Below, in pieces: positions 29,858 through 39,662 of a stretch of DNA of 64,000 nt. The DNA is from an uncultured Eubacteriales bacterium (lineage in GTDB: Bacteria; Bacillota; Clostridia; Peptostreptococcales; Anaerovoracaceae). The position numbers and the translations under genes were made by a program. Position 1 is the stretch's first letter. Every line of letters starts with the position of its first letter. The stretch is taken from the NCBI GenBank assembly GCA_905206455.1, contig CAJLHL010000001.1, positions 4,191-68,190 on the forward strand. The letters are read 5' to 3'. Under the pieces are notes generated by a model that saw only the letters and a program-made list of their open reading frames with translations, searched no databases and was not told the origin of the DNA.

Positions 29858-29888
29858 TTTTTTACAGCTTTATCCTTTCTCTCGGTGT

Positions 29889-29914
29889 CGGAACGCAGCG
29901 TTCCGGCTTTTTTA
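29889..29914 (+). terminator. terminator hairpin of the riboswitch expression platform
   Basis: cggaac-gcagc-gttccg followed by gCTTTTTT. It lies between the aptamer and the symporter start. Confidence 0.6.
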
Positions 29915-30051
29915 GTTGCCGTGAACCTTCCATGAACGCGGCATTTCGGACCTGGCGGGGAAAGCGACGCGCGCATTTTTGTTTCTGTTCAGACGCGCGC
30001 AGCGGATCGGTCAGGGGTTCTATTTTACGGAGAGGACAGGTAGTACAAATT

Positions 30052-31470
30052 ATGGAAAAGATCAACAAAATTTTGGAAGCAATCGACGGGGCGGTTTGGG
30101 GCGTGCCTCTGATCGTCCTGATTCTTGCGGGCGGTCTTCTGCTGACGATCAGGCTCAGAGGGCTTCAGGTTCGTCATCTGGGAAGAGCGCTGAAATTCAT
30201 GGTAAAAAATGAAGAAGGAGGAACCGGTGAGGTTACCAGTTTCGGAGCATTGTGTACAGCGCTCAGTGCGACCATCGGTACGGGCAATATCGTAGGCGTA
30301 GCGACGGCAGTCGGCGCAGGCGGCCCGGGAGCCTTATTCTGGATGATCCTGGCGGCGTTCTTTGGGATGGCGACAAAATATTCTGAGGGTCTGCTGGCCG
30401 TGAAGTATCGTACGGTGGACGAAGACGGACACGCTCTGGGCGGACCGTTTTATTACATAGAAAGAGGTATGGGAAAGAAGTGGAAGTGGCTGGCGAAGAT
30501 TTTCGCATTTTTCGGAATGTGCGTAGGTCTCTTCGGTATTGGTACTTTTACGCAGGTAAACGGTATCGCTTCTGCGATTAAGGACTTCTTCGACCCGAAT
30601 TCTCTGCATACGGTCACGATTCCGGGAATCGGGGAGTATTCCTGGGCTGTGGTTATCGCCAGTCTGGTTCTCGCGATCTGTGTCGCTCTGGTAATCATCG
30701 GAGGTATCAAGCGTATCGCTGAGGTGTCGCAGATCATCGTTCCGTTTATGGCGATCGTTTATGTGGCGGTATGTCTGCTGCTGCTGGTCTGCAATTTTAC
30801 GAAGATTCCGGAAGCTGTGGTCATCATCGTGAAGAGTGCTTTTGTGCCTCAGTCTATCGCCGGCGGTATCGCAGGAAGTATGATTATCGCGATGCAGAAG
30901 GGTATCGCCCGGGGTATCTTCTCTAACGAGGCAGGTCTCGGTTCTGCCCCGATCGCTGCAGCTGCAGCTAAGACGAAGGAGCCGGTAAGACAGGGTCTGG
31001 TAACGATGACAGGTACGTTTATCGATACGATCATCATCTGTACGATGACAGGTCTTTCCATCGTTCTGACAGGAGCGTGGCAGGTAGAAGATCTCGAAGG
31101 TGTTCAGGTTACCACTTACGCGTTCCAGAACGGCCTTCCGATTCCGGCGCAGGCGGCTTCCTTCATTCTGATGGTCTGTCTGGTATTCTTCGCCTTTACG
31201 ACGATTCTCGGATGGGACTACTACGGCGAACGCTGCCTCGAATATTTCTCCAACGGAAGCAAGAAGAGCGTTATGGTTTACCGCTGGATCTATATCGCAG
31301 CGGTATTTATCGGACCTTACATGACAGTTTCCGCTGTATGGACCATCGCTGATATCTTTAACGGTCTCATGGCGATTCCGAATATGATCGCTCTGATCGC
31401 TCTCAACGGTGTGGTCGTCAAGGAGACGAAAGACTACTTTAACCGCCATAAGAACGGGCGTTTGGGGTAA
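30052..31470 (+). CDS. alanine/glycine:cation symporter (AGCS family)
   Basis: Carries FGALCTALSATIGTGNIVGVATAVGAGGPGALFWM and about 11 TM helices. The ATG at 30052 (MEKINKILEAIDG) lies downstream of the riboswitch terminator. Confidence 0.9.
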   Translation: MEKINKILEAIDGAVWGVPLIVLILAGGLLLTIRLRGLQVRHLGRALKFMVKNEEGGTGEVTSFGALCTALSATIGTGNIVGVATAVGAGGPGALFWMILAAFFGMATKYSEGLLAVKYRTVDEDGHALGGPFYYIERGMGKKWKWLAKIFAFFGMCVGLFGIGTFTQVNGIASAIKDFFDPNSLHTVTIPGIGEYSWAVVIASLVLAICVALVIIGGIKRIAEVSQIIVPFMAIVYVAVCLLLLVCNFTKIPEAVVIIVKSAFVPQSIAGGIAGSMIIAMQKGIARGIFSNEAGLGSAPIAAAAAKTKEPVRQGLVTMTGTFIDTIIICTMTGLSIVLTGAWQVEDLEGVQVTTYAFQNGLPIPAQAASFILMVCLVFFAFTTILGWDYYGERCLEYFSNGSKKSVMVYRWIYIAAVFIGPYMTVSAVWTIADIFNGLMAIPNMIALIALNGVVVKETKDYFNRHKNGRLG

Positions 31471-31561
31471 GTAAGAACATCTCGAAAAACGTGATGATAA
31501 GATGATTCGGGATGAGCATCCCGGTGTGGAAAATAGAATCGAAAAACGGAAAATCAGGGAT

Positions 31562-31597
31562 CGCCCGAGACGAAGGAATTCGTTTCGGGCGGTTTTT
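31562..31597 (+). terminator. rho-independent terminator
   Basis: cgcccgagacg-aaggaatt-cgtttcgggcg followed by gTTTTT. Confidence 0.8.
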
Positions 31598-32058
31598 GTG
31601 TTAGGAAAATTGGCGGGAAATAATACATTAAAGCTTCATGTATTTCTTTTTTCTTATATCGCAGATGTATCATAATTCTATATTGGTATTCAATAAGTGA
31701 GAGTTGTCAATGCTTGAAAAATGAAGTAAAATTGTTTGCATCACAAAGAGGGGAGTATTCAATGAATTTGAATACTCCCCCTCTTTTGCCGCATTAACTT
31801 TAGCAAGCCTGTTTCAATCCGCGAAAATATTTCGACATAATTGACGTTATAGAGTCTATCAGAATGATGCAACAGGTAGATAATGTATGACTTTTAATAT
31901 GTATGTCTGAAAAAAGAATTGATATTTCGATGAATGAACGATATGATGTACTTATAAAAAATATTTATAACAAGGGATTTGACGTATCCCTTTGCTTCGA
32001 TCATGAGAACGGTATCTGAGCTGATGAAGACTTGAGACCTGAATTAACAGAGGGAATT

Positions 32059-34221
32059 ATGGACAAAGAGGCACAACGTGAAGCGTATGTAGCGCACATT
32101 AACGAAAATGGAGAGGAGCAGTCTGTAAGGGATCATCTGTACGGAACCGCCAAAAGAGCCGCGGCATTTGCAGCAGTGTTTCAAGGTGAAAAGCATGCGG
32201 AAGTGATCGGGCTGATGCATGATATCGGAAAATACAGCGAAGGTTTTCAGAACCGCATCCGCAATCAGGGAAAGATTGTAGATCATTCTACGGCAGGAGC
32301 GGTGGAGCGGATTGAAAAAAAAGATCTCGTCGGAGCTCTGTGTATCGCAGGGCATCACGGTGGGTTACCGAACTGCGGAACATTTTCGGATTCCGGTGAT
32401 GAGGCTACACTGCATGGACGAATCAAGCGCAAGGCGGCAGGAAAGCTGGGCGACTATTCTGAATTTCATAAAGATATTTCAGCAGAAGATTTATCTGAAG
32501 CGCAAATGGGGCTTTTTTCTGCGGATAAGGAAGGATTCCTTAGAGCCTATTTTTATACGAAATTTTTATTTTCTGCGCTGACAGATGCTGATTTTCTGGA
32601 TACTGAAGCTTTTATGGGTGGACGAGAGCGAAATTATTTTTATGAGGATATAGCGAACCTGTCAGAGAAACTGGATCGTTATACGGAAAAATGGGGCGAA
32701 CCGAAGACAGAGCTGAATCGTATCCGATGTGAGATTTTAGAAGCGTGCCGTATTCGGGGAACAGATCCGCGAGGTCTTTTTTCTCTTACCGTACCTACTG
32801 GAGGCGGAAAAACGACGGCATCATTAGCCTTTGCGCTGAAACATGCGAAAGAACATTCTATGGAACGAATTATCTATGTAATTCCTTACACCAGTATTAT
32901 CGAGCAGAATGTAGAAGTTTTTCAAGACATTCTGGGCAGCGAGAATGTACTCGCTCACTATGGAGATGTCTCTTATGACGATCAGGATGGGGCATCGCAA
33001 AAAAAGCTGGCAGCAGAGAACTGGGATGCTCCGGTGATCGTGACTACATCTGTACAATTTTTTGAATCGCTTTTTTCCAATAAGCCGTCAAAATGCAGGA
33101 AACTACATAATATAGCCAATAGCGTTATTATTTTTGACGAATATCAGATGATTCCGGTAAAACATATGTTTTTATGTACAGAAGCGATTTATCGTCTGAT
33201 CCAGTCGTATCGCTGCACTGCGCTGCTCTGTACTGCGACGCAGCCGGGAACGAAACGTTTTTTTCACGAGATGACATGTCGTGAGATTATCGAAGATACA
33301 GAAAAGTTGTTCGAGTAGCTTAAAAGAGTCTCCTATCACGAAATCGGACGCATAGAGGAAGAAGAGCTCGATGTACGGCTGAATAAACACAGGCAAGTTC
33401 TCTGTATCGTAAATACAAGAAAAAAAGCGCAGCGGATTTATGAGGGTATGGAAGAAGATGGAAATTATCATCTGTCTACCCTGATGGTTCCGAGACATCG
33501 AAGCGAAGTTCTGGAAAAAGTGCGAAATCGTCTGAAAAATGGTCTGACTTGCAGAGTTATATCTACGAGCCTGATCGAGGCAGGTGTTGATGTGGATTTT
33601 CCGATACTCTATAGGGAAGAAAGCGGACTGGATTCCATCGTTCAGGCGGCAGGACGCTGTAATCGTGAAGGCAGAGCATCTGCGGAAGAGAGTTGTGTAT
33701 ATGTTTTCCGTCTGGGGGAATCGCAATGGAATATTCAGCGGATCAATCGAGATGCGATGCGGGAAGTTCTGAGTCTGGGATATCAGATCGGGCTTCCAGA
33801 TACGACGAAACGGTATTTTGAAGCTTTGTTTGACAGCAAGGGAGACCAAGCTCTGGATGGGGATGATATTCTGAAAATGATCTGCGAAGGAGGAAAGACG
33901 GGACCTCTGCCATTTAGAGAAGTCGCAGAGCGGTTTAAAATGATCGATCAGGATACTCGGACAATCTATGTTCCGTTTGATTCTCACGGAGAGGAGCTGT
34001 GTCGCAGGTTGTCGGAAGGAGAGCGAACTCGGATGCTGTTTCGCGAACTGGGGCAGTATAGCGTTAATCTGTATCCACGCGATTACGCTCTGCTGGAGAC
34101 ACAGGGAATTCTTTTGGAGTACGACGAAGATGCGGCAGTACTGAGTGATCTGTCGTATTATTCAAAGGATACCGGACTTTTGCTCATGGATGCAGAAGAA
34201 GGACAGGGCTTTTTTATATAA
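32059..34221 (+). pseudogene. cas3: type I-C cas3 (HD nuclease plus SF2 helicase) interrupted by a single in-frame TAG at 33316-33318
   Basis: Carries the HD motifs (GLMHDIGKYSEGFQ, AGHHGGLP), the Walker A motif PTGGGKT and the DExx motif IIFDEYQ. ORF-track pieces 32032-33318 and 33448-34221 are in the same frame. My translation across the gap continues as helicase sequence (QVLCIVNTRKKAQRIYEGM). Confidence 0.85.
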
Positions 34222-34367
34222 TTCAAAGAGTTCTCGGAGAATAGTGAGGAAAAAATATCGTGATAAAGTGATACTGGGAGATGAAAACGATTAACTGATA
34301 ACAAAGTGATTTTTGCAGGTAAGTCACTTTTTATAGTCTGATAAAATGGAGAAAGGAGATATCGCTT

Positions 34368-35024
34368 ATGAGCATACGTATGGAGGTGTGGGGAGAAAAC
34401 GCGTGTTTTACACGTCCGGAGATGAAGACGGAAAGAGTGACTTATGATGTGATGACTCCTTCCGCAGCGAGGGGGATTCTGGAAGCCGTTTACTGGCATC
34501 CGGGAATGCGATGGCACATCGATAAAATTCATGTTTTGAGCCCGATCCGTTTTGTGAATCTCCGGCGGAATGAAGTTAAGTCGAAGGTGCAGTCACAGAA
34601 TGCTCTGACTGTAATGAATGGCGGACGGAAGGAGCTATATCTCAGTACATCTGAAGATATTCAGCAAAGAGCATCTGTAATTCTTCAGGATGTGCACTAT
34701 ATTATCGAGGCGCATTTTACTCTTACAGAGAGGGCGGTACCAGGGGATAATGCCGGAAAATTTCAGAGCATCATCAAACGTCGTCTTGAGAAAGGGCAGT
34801 GCTATCATCAGCCATATTTCGGGACCAGAGAATTTCCGGCGCGGTTTCGCCTGTATGAACCGCCGACGATCCCGGCTGAGCCGAGCCTGATTGGAGAGTC
34901 TGATCTGGGCTATATGCTGTATGATATGGATTATTCGGATCCAGGAAATATTGTTCCTATGTTTTTTCGGGCGGTTCTGCGCGACGGAACATTGGATCTG
35001 ACAGATTGTGAGGTGAAAAAATGA
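34368..35024 (+). CDS. cas5c: type I-C Cas5c (Cas5d) pre-crRNA endoribonuclease / Cascade subunit
   Basis: MEVWGENACFTRPEMKTERVTYDVMTPSAARGILEAVYWHP is the Cas5d hallmark, and the position after cas3 fits. Confidence 0.9.
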   Translation: MSIRMEVWGENACFTRPEMKTERVTYDVMTPSAARGILEAVYWHPGMRWHIDKIHVLSPIRFVNLRRNEVKSKVQSQNALTVMNGGRKELYLSTSEDIQQRASVILQDVHYIIEAHFTLTERAVPGDNAGKFQSIIKRRLEKGQCYHQPYFGTREFPARFRLYEPPTIPAEPSLIGESDLGYMLYDMDYSDPGNIVPMFFRAVLRDGTLDLTDCEVKK

Positions 35025-36775
35025 TTTTATCATCTCTTGTAGATCTCTATGAGGTCTTAGCGCAAAAGGGGGAAATTCCCAAAAACGGATGGAGCAAAGT
35101 GAAACTTTCTTTCGCTCTCAGTCTGAACCTGCAGGGAGAATTAATCGGTATCATAGATCTGCGAAAGGAAGTGGAGAGAGGAAAGAAAAAGGTGATTGTA
35201 CCGGGGGAACGAAGTATGCCGTCGCCTGTCAAACGATCTTCTGGCGTAGCAGCAAATTTTCTCTGGGACAATTCCTCTTATATACTGGGAGCAGACGAAA
35301 AGGGCAGTCCGGATAAAGCAGAAAAGAAATTCAAAGCTTTTGCGGAGAAATTTCGGGAAGTGACGAACGGAAAACAGGATGAGATGATTCTTGCGATATC
35401 GAGGTTTCTGGAAAATTGGGAACCGGAAAAAACACCGGATCATCCGTTGATCCAAGAGTACTGGAAAGAAATTTCCACTGGGGCGAATCTGACATTCCGG
35501 GTAGATGGAAAATTTGCAGATGAGAACCCCGACATTATTCGGGCCTGGGATGAATATCTGAATCAGAGTGGATCGGAAGAAAAAGGGTTCTGTCTGGCTA
35601 CGGGAAGGTATGATTCTGTCGCCCGCCTCCATCCGTCGGTTAAAGGCGTTCAGGGAGCTCAGTCCAGCGGCGCAGCGCTGGTGTCATTTAATGCTCCTTC
35701 TTACTGTTCCTATGGAAAGGAGCAGGGGGCTAACTCACCTGTCGGTGAGTATGCGGCGTTCGCCTATACCAGCGCATTGAACTACTTACTGTCCGGCTAC
35801 AATAACAAAGTATTACTGGGAGATACAACGATTGTCTACTGGGCGAAAAAAGCTGAAGCGGCGTATCAGGATCTTTTTGGAAGTTTGTTCGGGATGTCTT
35901 CCGATCACATGGATCAGACACAACTGAACAGTATCATGAATAAAATTGCGGACGGCCAGACTGTGATATGGGACGATGTAGAGATCTATCCGAAAGATGA
36001 ATTTTATATTCTGGGACTTTCTCCGAATGCAGCCCGCCTTTCGGTACGTTTTTTCTTACGGACAACCTTTGGCGGCATGGCACAGAATCTCAGCCGGCAT
36101 TATGAGAATATTCGTGTCTCACATGGTCCAAAGAATAAGGATTATCTGTCGCTGTGGAATTTGCTGTCTGAGACCGTAAATCAGAAGTCAAAGGATAAGA
36201 CACCATCGCCTCAGTTAGCCGGGAATTTGGCACGGGCAGTTTTAGAAGGAGGTTTTTATCCGGAAACTCTATATACCGGTGTTCAGCTGCGGATTCGCGC
36301 AGAACGTATCGTGAATTACGGAAGGGCTGCTGTGATCAAGGCATATTTGACGAGGAACGGCAGAGATATTAATAAGGAGGTATTGACTGTGAGTTTAAAT
36401 GAAGACAGCAATTATGAGCCGTACGTTTTGGGCAGATTATTTTCAATCTTGGAAGGACTGCAGAACGCAGCTAATCCGGGAATCAATGCAACGATTCGTG
36501 ATAAATATTTCAATTCAGCCTGTGCGATGCCATCTGTAATTTTTCCGATACTGTTGAAATTGTCAAATAGTCATTTGAGAAAATTATATGCACCGTCCAG
36601 GATCTATTATGATAAATTGATTCAGGGCGTTATGAGCAAATTAGGGACATCATTTCCGCAGCGCCTCAATTTGCAGGAACAGGGAGTATTTCAGTTAGGT
36701 TACTATCATCAGACAGAAAAACGATTTGAGAAAAAGAACAAAGATGTGACAGAAACGAGTGAGGAGGAAATTTAA
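35021..36775 (+). CDS. cas8c: type I-C Cas8c (Csd1) large subunit
   Basis: A 584-aa protein lying between cas5c and cas7c, with an ATGA overlap onto cas5c. The size and position are canonical for Csd1. Confidence 0.85.
   Translation: MILSSLVDLYEVLAQKGEIPKNGWSKVKLSFALSLNLQGELIGIIDLRKEVERGKKKVIVPGERSMPSPVKRSSGVAANFLWDNSSYILGADEKGSPDKAEKKFKAFAEKFREVTNGKQDEMILAISRFLENWEPEKTPDHPLIQEYWKEISTGANLTFRVDGKFADENPDIIRAWDEYLNQSGSEEKGFCLATGRYDSVARLHPSVKGVQGAQSSGAALVSFNAPSYCSYGKEQGANSPVGEYAAFAYTSALNYLLSGYNNKVLLGDTTIVYWAKKAEAAYQDLFGSLFGMSSDHMDQTQLNSIMNKIADGQTVIWDDVEIYPKDEFYILGLSPNAARLSVRFFLRTTFGGMAQNLSRHYENIRVSHGPKNKDYLSLWNLLSETVNQKSKDKTPSPQLAGNLARAVLEGGFYPETLYTGVQLRIRAERIVNYGRAAVIKAYLTRNGRDINKEVLTVSLNEDSNYEPYVLGRLFSILEGLQNAANPGINATIRDKYFNSACAMPSVIFPILLKLSNSHLRKLYAPSRIYYDKLIQGVMSKLGTSFPQRLNLQEQGVFQLGYYHQTEKRFEKKNKDVTETSEEEI
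36389..36775 (+). CDS. candidate internally translated Cas11c small subunit (in-frame C-terminal 128 codons of cas8c)
   Basis: A perfect AAGGAGG at 36374-36380 lies 8 nt upstream of an in-frame GTG at 36389. Published work on type I-C loci shows that Cas11c is made from an internal start in cas8c. The predicted size of 128 aa fits. Confidence 0.5.
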   Translation: MSLNEDSNYEPYVLGRLFSILEGLQNAANPGINATIRDKYFNSACAMPSVIFPILLKLSNSHLRKLYAPSRIYYDKLIQGVMSKLGTSFPQRLNLQEQGVFQLGYYHQTEKRFEKKNKDVTETSEEEI

Positions 36776-36776
36776 G

Positions 36777-37670
36777 ATGGCAGAACCGATTAAAAACAGA
36801 TATGATTTTGTGATTCTTTTCGATGTGGAAAATGGCAATCCAAACGGTGATCCGGACTCAGGAAATATGCCCCGAATCGATCCGGAGACGAATCTGGGAA
36901 TTGTAACTGATGTATGCATCAAGCGTAAGATAAGAAATTATGTAGAGATGCTGAAGGACGGTGAAGCGGGATACAAAATTTATATCAAAGACGGTGTTCC
37001 TCTCAATACCAGCGATCAGGAAGCATATAAGGCGTTGGATCCCGAAAATGAAGGAATGAAAACCCTGAAGAAAAAAGATCCGGAGATCGATAGAAAAGTC
37101 AGAGACTTTATGTGTCAGAACTTCTTTGATATCCGAACTTTCGGCGCGGTTATGACGACTTTTGTAAAAGATGCCTTAAACTGCGGACAGGTCAGAGGAC
37201 CGGTACAGCTGGGATTTGCACGCAGTATTGATCCGATTATGCCGCAGGAAGTGACGATTACCCGCGTGGCAATCACCACAGAAAAAGACGCGGAACGCAA
37301 AGGCACAGAGATGGGCAGAAAATATATCGTACCATATGGTCTATACCGTATGGAGGGGTATATTTCAGCCAATTTAGCACGCAAAACCACGGGTTTTTCT
37401 GAAGAAGATCTGAACCTTTTATGGGATGCGATTATCAACATGTTTGAACATGACCATTCTGCAGCGAGAGGGAAAATGGCGGTTCGCCGTCTGATCGTTT
37501 TTCAGCACGATTCGGAATTGGGGAATGCTCCATCTTATAAACTATTTGAACGCGTTCATGTAAAACACAGGACAGAAAATAGCGTTTCCCGTTCGTTTGC
37601 AGACTATGAAGTGACCGTTGATACAACCGAACTGCCGCAGGGAGTTACCTGTATTTCTATGGTCGAATGA
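36777..37670 (+). CDS. cas7c: type I-C Cas7c (Csd2) backbone subunit
   Basis: NRYDFVILFDVENGNPNGDPD is the hallmark motif. A GAGGAGG RBS precedes the ATG at 36777. Confidence 0.9.
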   Translation: MAEPIKNRYDFVILFDVENGNPNGDPDSGNMPRIDPETNLGIVTDVCIKRKIRNYVEMLKDGEAGYKIYIKDGVPLNTSDQEAYKALDPENEGMKTLKKKDPEIDRKVRDFMCQNFFDIRTFGAVMTTFVKDALNCGQVRGPVQLGFARSIDPIMPQEVTITRVAITTEKDAERKGTEMGRKYIVPYGLYRMEGYISANLARKTTGFSEEDLNLLWDAIINMFEHDHSAARGKMAVRRLIVFQHDSELGNAPSYKLFERVHVKHRTENSVSRSFADYEVTVDTTELPQGVTCISMVE

Positions 37671-38338
37671 AGGAACAGGATTATTTGATGCTCTCGGGCA
37701 TACAGCACTTTATTTTTTGCCGCAGACAGTGGGCTCTGATACATATTGAACAGCAGTGGGCGGAAAATGAACAGACTATCGACGGAAGGCTGATGCATCG
37801 GAGGGCTCATGACGAGGAATCTGTGGAGAAACGGGGAGATCAGATTATCACCCGCGGAATGCGAGTGGTATCGCATCGTCTGGGAGTCAGTGGGATCTGT
37901 GATGTAGTGGAATTTCACAAAAGTAAAGATGGGATTGCGATTCAAAGCTGGCCGGGATATTGGAAGCCTTACCCGATAGAATATAAGAAAGGAACTCCGA
38001 AAGATCACGATGCAGATGAGCTGCAGCTCTGTCTGCAGGCGATTTGTCTGGAAGAGATGTTATGCTGTGATATCGAAGAAGGCAGTTTATATTATGGGGA
38101 AACGAGAAGGCGGAAGAAGGTTGTATTCTCGGAAGATATGAGGTGGCGAGCAGAAAATATTCTGGGAGAGATGCACAATCTGTACAGAAGAGGATGGACT
38201 CCTAAGGGGAAATTTTCCAAAGGTTGTAATGCATGTTCGCTGAAAGAAATCTGCCTTCCTAAATTATCTCGGTCGGTAAAAGTGAGTACATATTTGGATC
38301 GATCTTTGAAAGGAGATGAAGAATGCGAAAACTCCTGA
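37667..38338 (+). CDS. cas4: Cas4 (RecB-like exonuclease with an Fe-S cluster)
   Basis: Has an N-terminal Cys (FIFCRRQWAL) plus a C-terminal CNACSLKEIC cluster, and an ATGA overlap with cas7c. Confidence 0.9.
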   Translation: MKEQDYLMLSGIQHFIFCRRQWALIHIEQQWAENEQTIDGRLMHRRAHDEESVEKRGDQIITRGMRVVSHRLGVSGICDVVEFHKSKDGIAIQSWPGYWKPYPIEYKKGTPKDHDADELQLCLQAICLEEMLCCDIEEGSLYYGETRRRKKVVFSEDMRWRAENILGEMHNLYRRGWTPKGKFSKGCNACSLKEICLPKLSRSVKVSTYLDRSLKGDEECENS

Positions 38339-39354
38339 ATACGCTGTTTGTCACCTCAGAGGATTCTTATCTGACACTGGACGGTGAAAATGTCGTAGTG
38401 AATCGCGAAGATAAAAAGATCGGACGATTTCCGCTTCATATGCTGGAAGGCATCATTACTTTTTCTTATAAAGGTGCGAGTCCTGCGCTTATGGGCGCTT
38501 GTGCGAAACGAAATATAAATTTCTGTCTGATGACACCAAGAGGACGTTTTTTAGCCCGGATCTGCGGGACAGGTTATGGGAATGTTCTGCTTCGGAAGGA
38601 ACAGTTTCGAAGATCGGATGATGAGGAGCGCAGTTGCCTGATTGCCAGAAATTTTATTGTGGGAAAAGTTTTTAACAGCCGTTGGTCCATTGAACGAACT
38701 GTTCGCGATCATGCGATGAGGGTGGATACAGAAAAGCTGAAAAAAGTATCCGGAAATCTAAAGGATGCTCTGACGCAAATTCGTGGGGAGACCGACCTGT
38801 ATACGCTAAGGGGATTGGAAGGAGAGACGGCAAAACTGTATTTTTCGGTATTAGATGAGCTGATTCTCAATCAAAAAGAAGATTTTTTCTTTACAGAGCG
38901 GAGCCGACGGCCACCATTGGATCGGCTCAACGCGCTTCTTTCCTTTGCGTATACTCTGTTGGCCAATGACTGCGCCGCAGCGCTGGAAAGTGTCGGTTTG
39001 GATTCTTATGTGGGGTTTCTGCACCGGGATCGGCCGGGGCGAAAATCTCTGGCTCTCGACCTTATGGAAGAACTGAGATCAGTTATGGCTGATCGTTTTG
39101 TCATTACTCTGATCAACAACCGGATGATAAAAGCAGAGCATTTTGAAGTACAGGAAAATGGGGCGGTATTATTGACAGAAAATGGTCGAAGGATTTTTCT
39201 GACGGAGTATCAAAAAAAGAAAAAAGAAAAACTCACCCATCCATATTTGGGTGAAAAGATGGTTTGGGGTCTGATTCCTTATGTGCAGTCTCTGTTGTTA
39301 TCGCGATATCTCAGAGAGGATCTGGACGAATACCCTGTATTTCTGTGGAAGTAA
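38323..39354 (+). CDS. cas1: Cas1 integrase (I-C type)
   Basis: A 343-aa protein with the N-terminus MRKLLNTLFVTSEDSYLTLDGENVVV and the motifs LNALLSFAYTLL and GFLHRDRPGR. Confidence 0.95.
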   Translation: MRKLLNTLFVTSEDSYLTLDGENVVVNREDKKIGRFPLHMLEGIITFSYKGASPALMGACAKRNINFCLMTPRGRFLARICGTGYGNVLLRKEQFRRSDDEERSCLIARNFIVGKVFNSRWSIERTVRDHAMRVDTEKLKKVSGNLKDALTQIRGETDLYTLRGLEGETAKLYFSVLDELILNQKEDFFFTERSRRPPLDRLNALLSFAYTLLANDCAAALESVGLDSYVGFLHRDRPGRKSLALDLMEELRSVMADRFVITLINNRMIKAEHFEVQENGAVLLTENGRRIFLTEYQKKKKEKLTHPYLGEKMVWGLIPYVQSLLLSRYLREDLDEYPVFLWK

Positions 39355-39371
39355 GGAGATGGGCAGGAAAA

Positions 39372-39662
39372 ATGTTGGTTTTAATTACTTATGATGTGAA
39401 TACATCGGATGTAGAAGGAAGGAAACGTCTTCGGAAAGTCGCGAAACAATGTCAGAACTACGGACAGCGAGTGCAAAATTCTGTTTTCGAATGTCTGATA
39501 GATACAGCACAATTAAAACTGCTTCGCACCAGTCTGATTGATATTATTGATGCGGAAAAAGACAGTCTGAGATTTTATTTTCTCGGAACAAAATACCAAA
39601 CAAAGATCGAGCATGTAGGTGCAAAAGAGTCCTATGAACCGGAAGGTGTTCTGATATTGTAA
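39372..39662 (+). CDS. cas2: Cas2
   Basis: MLVLITYDVNTSDVEGRKRLRKVAKQCQNYGQRVQNSVFEC matches Cas2. A GGAG-containing RBS precedes the ATG at 39372. The ORF-track start at 39264 overlaps cas1. Confidence 0.9.
   Translation: MLVLITYDVNTSDVEGRKRLRKVAKQCQNYGQRVQNSVFECLIDTAQLKLLRTSLIDIIDAEKDSLRFYFLGTKYQTKIEHVGAKESYEPEGVLIL

Noticed and set aside
33316-33318. The possibility that the in-frame TAG in cas3 encodes pyrrolysine.
   Set aside because: No pyl genes or PYLIS-like context are visible in this window, and nothing else here suggests amber recoding. I kept it only as something to check genome-wide.
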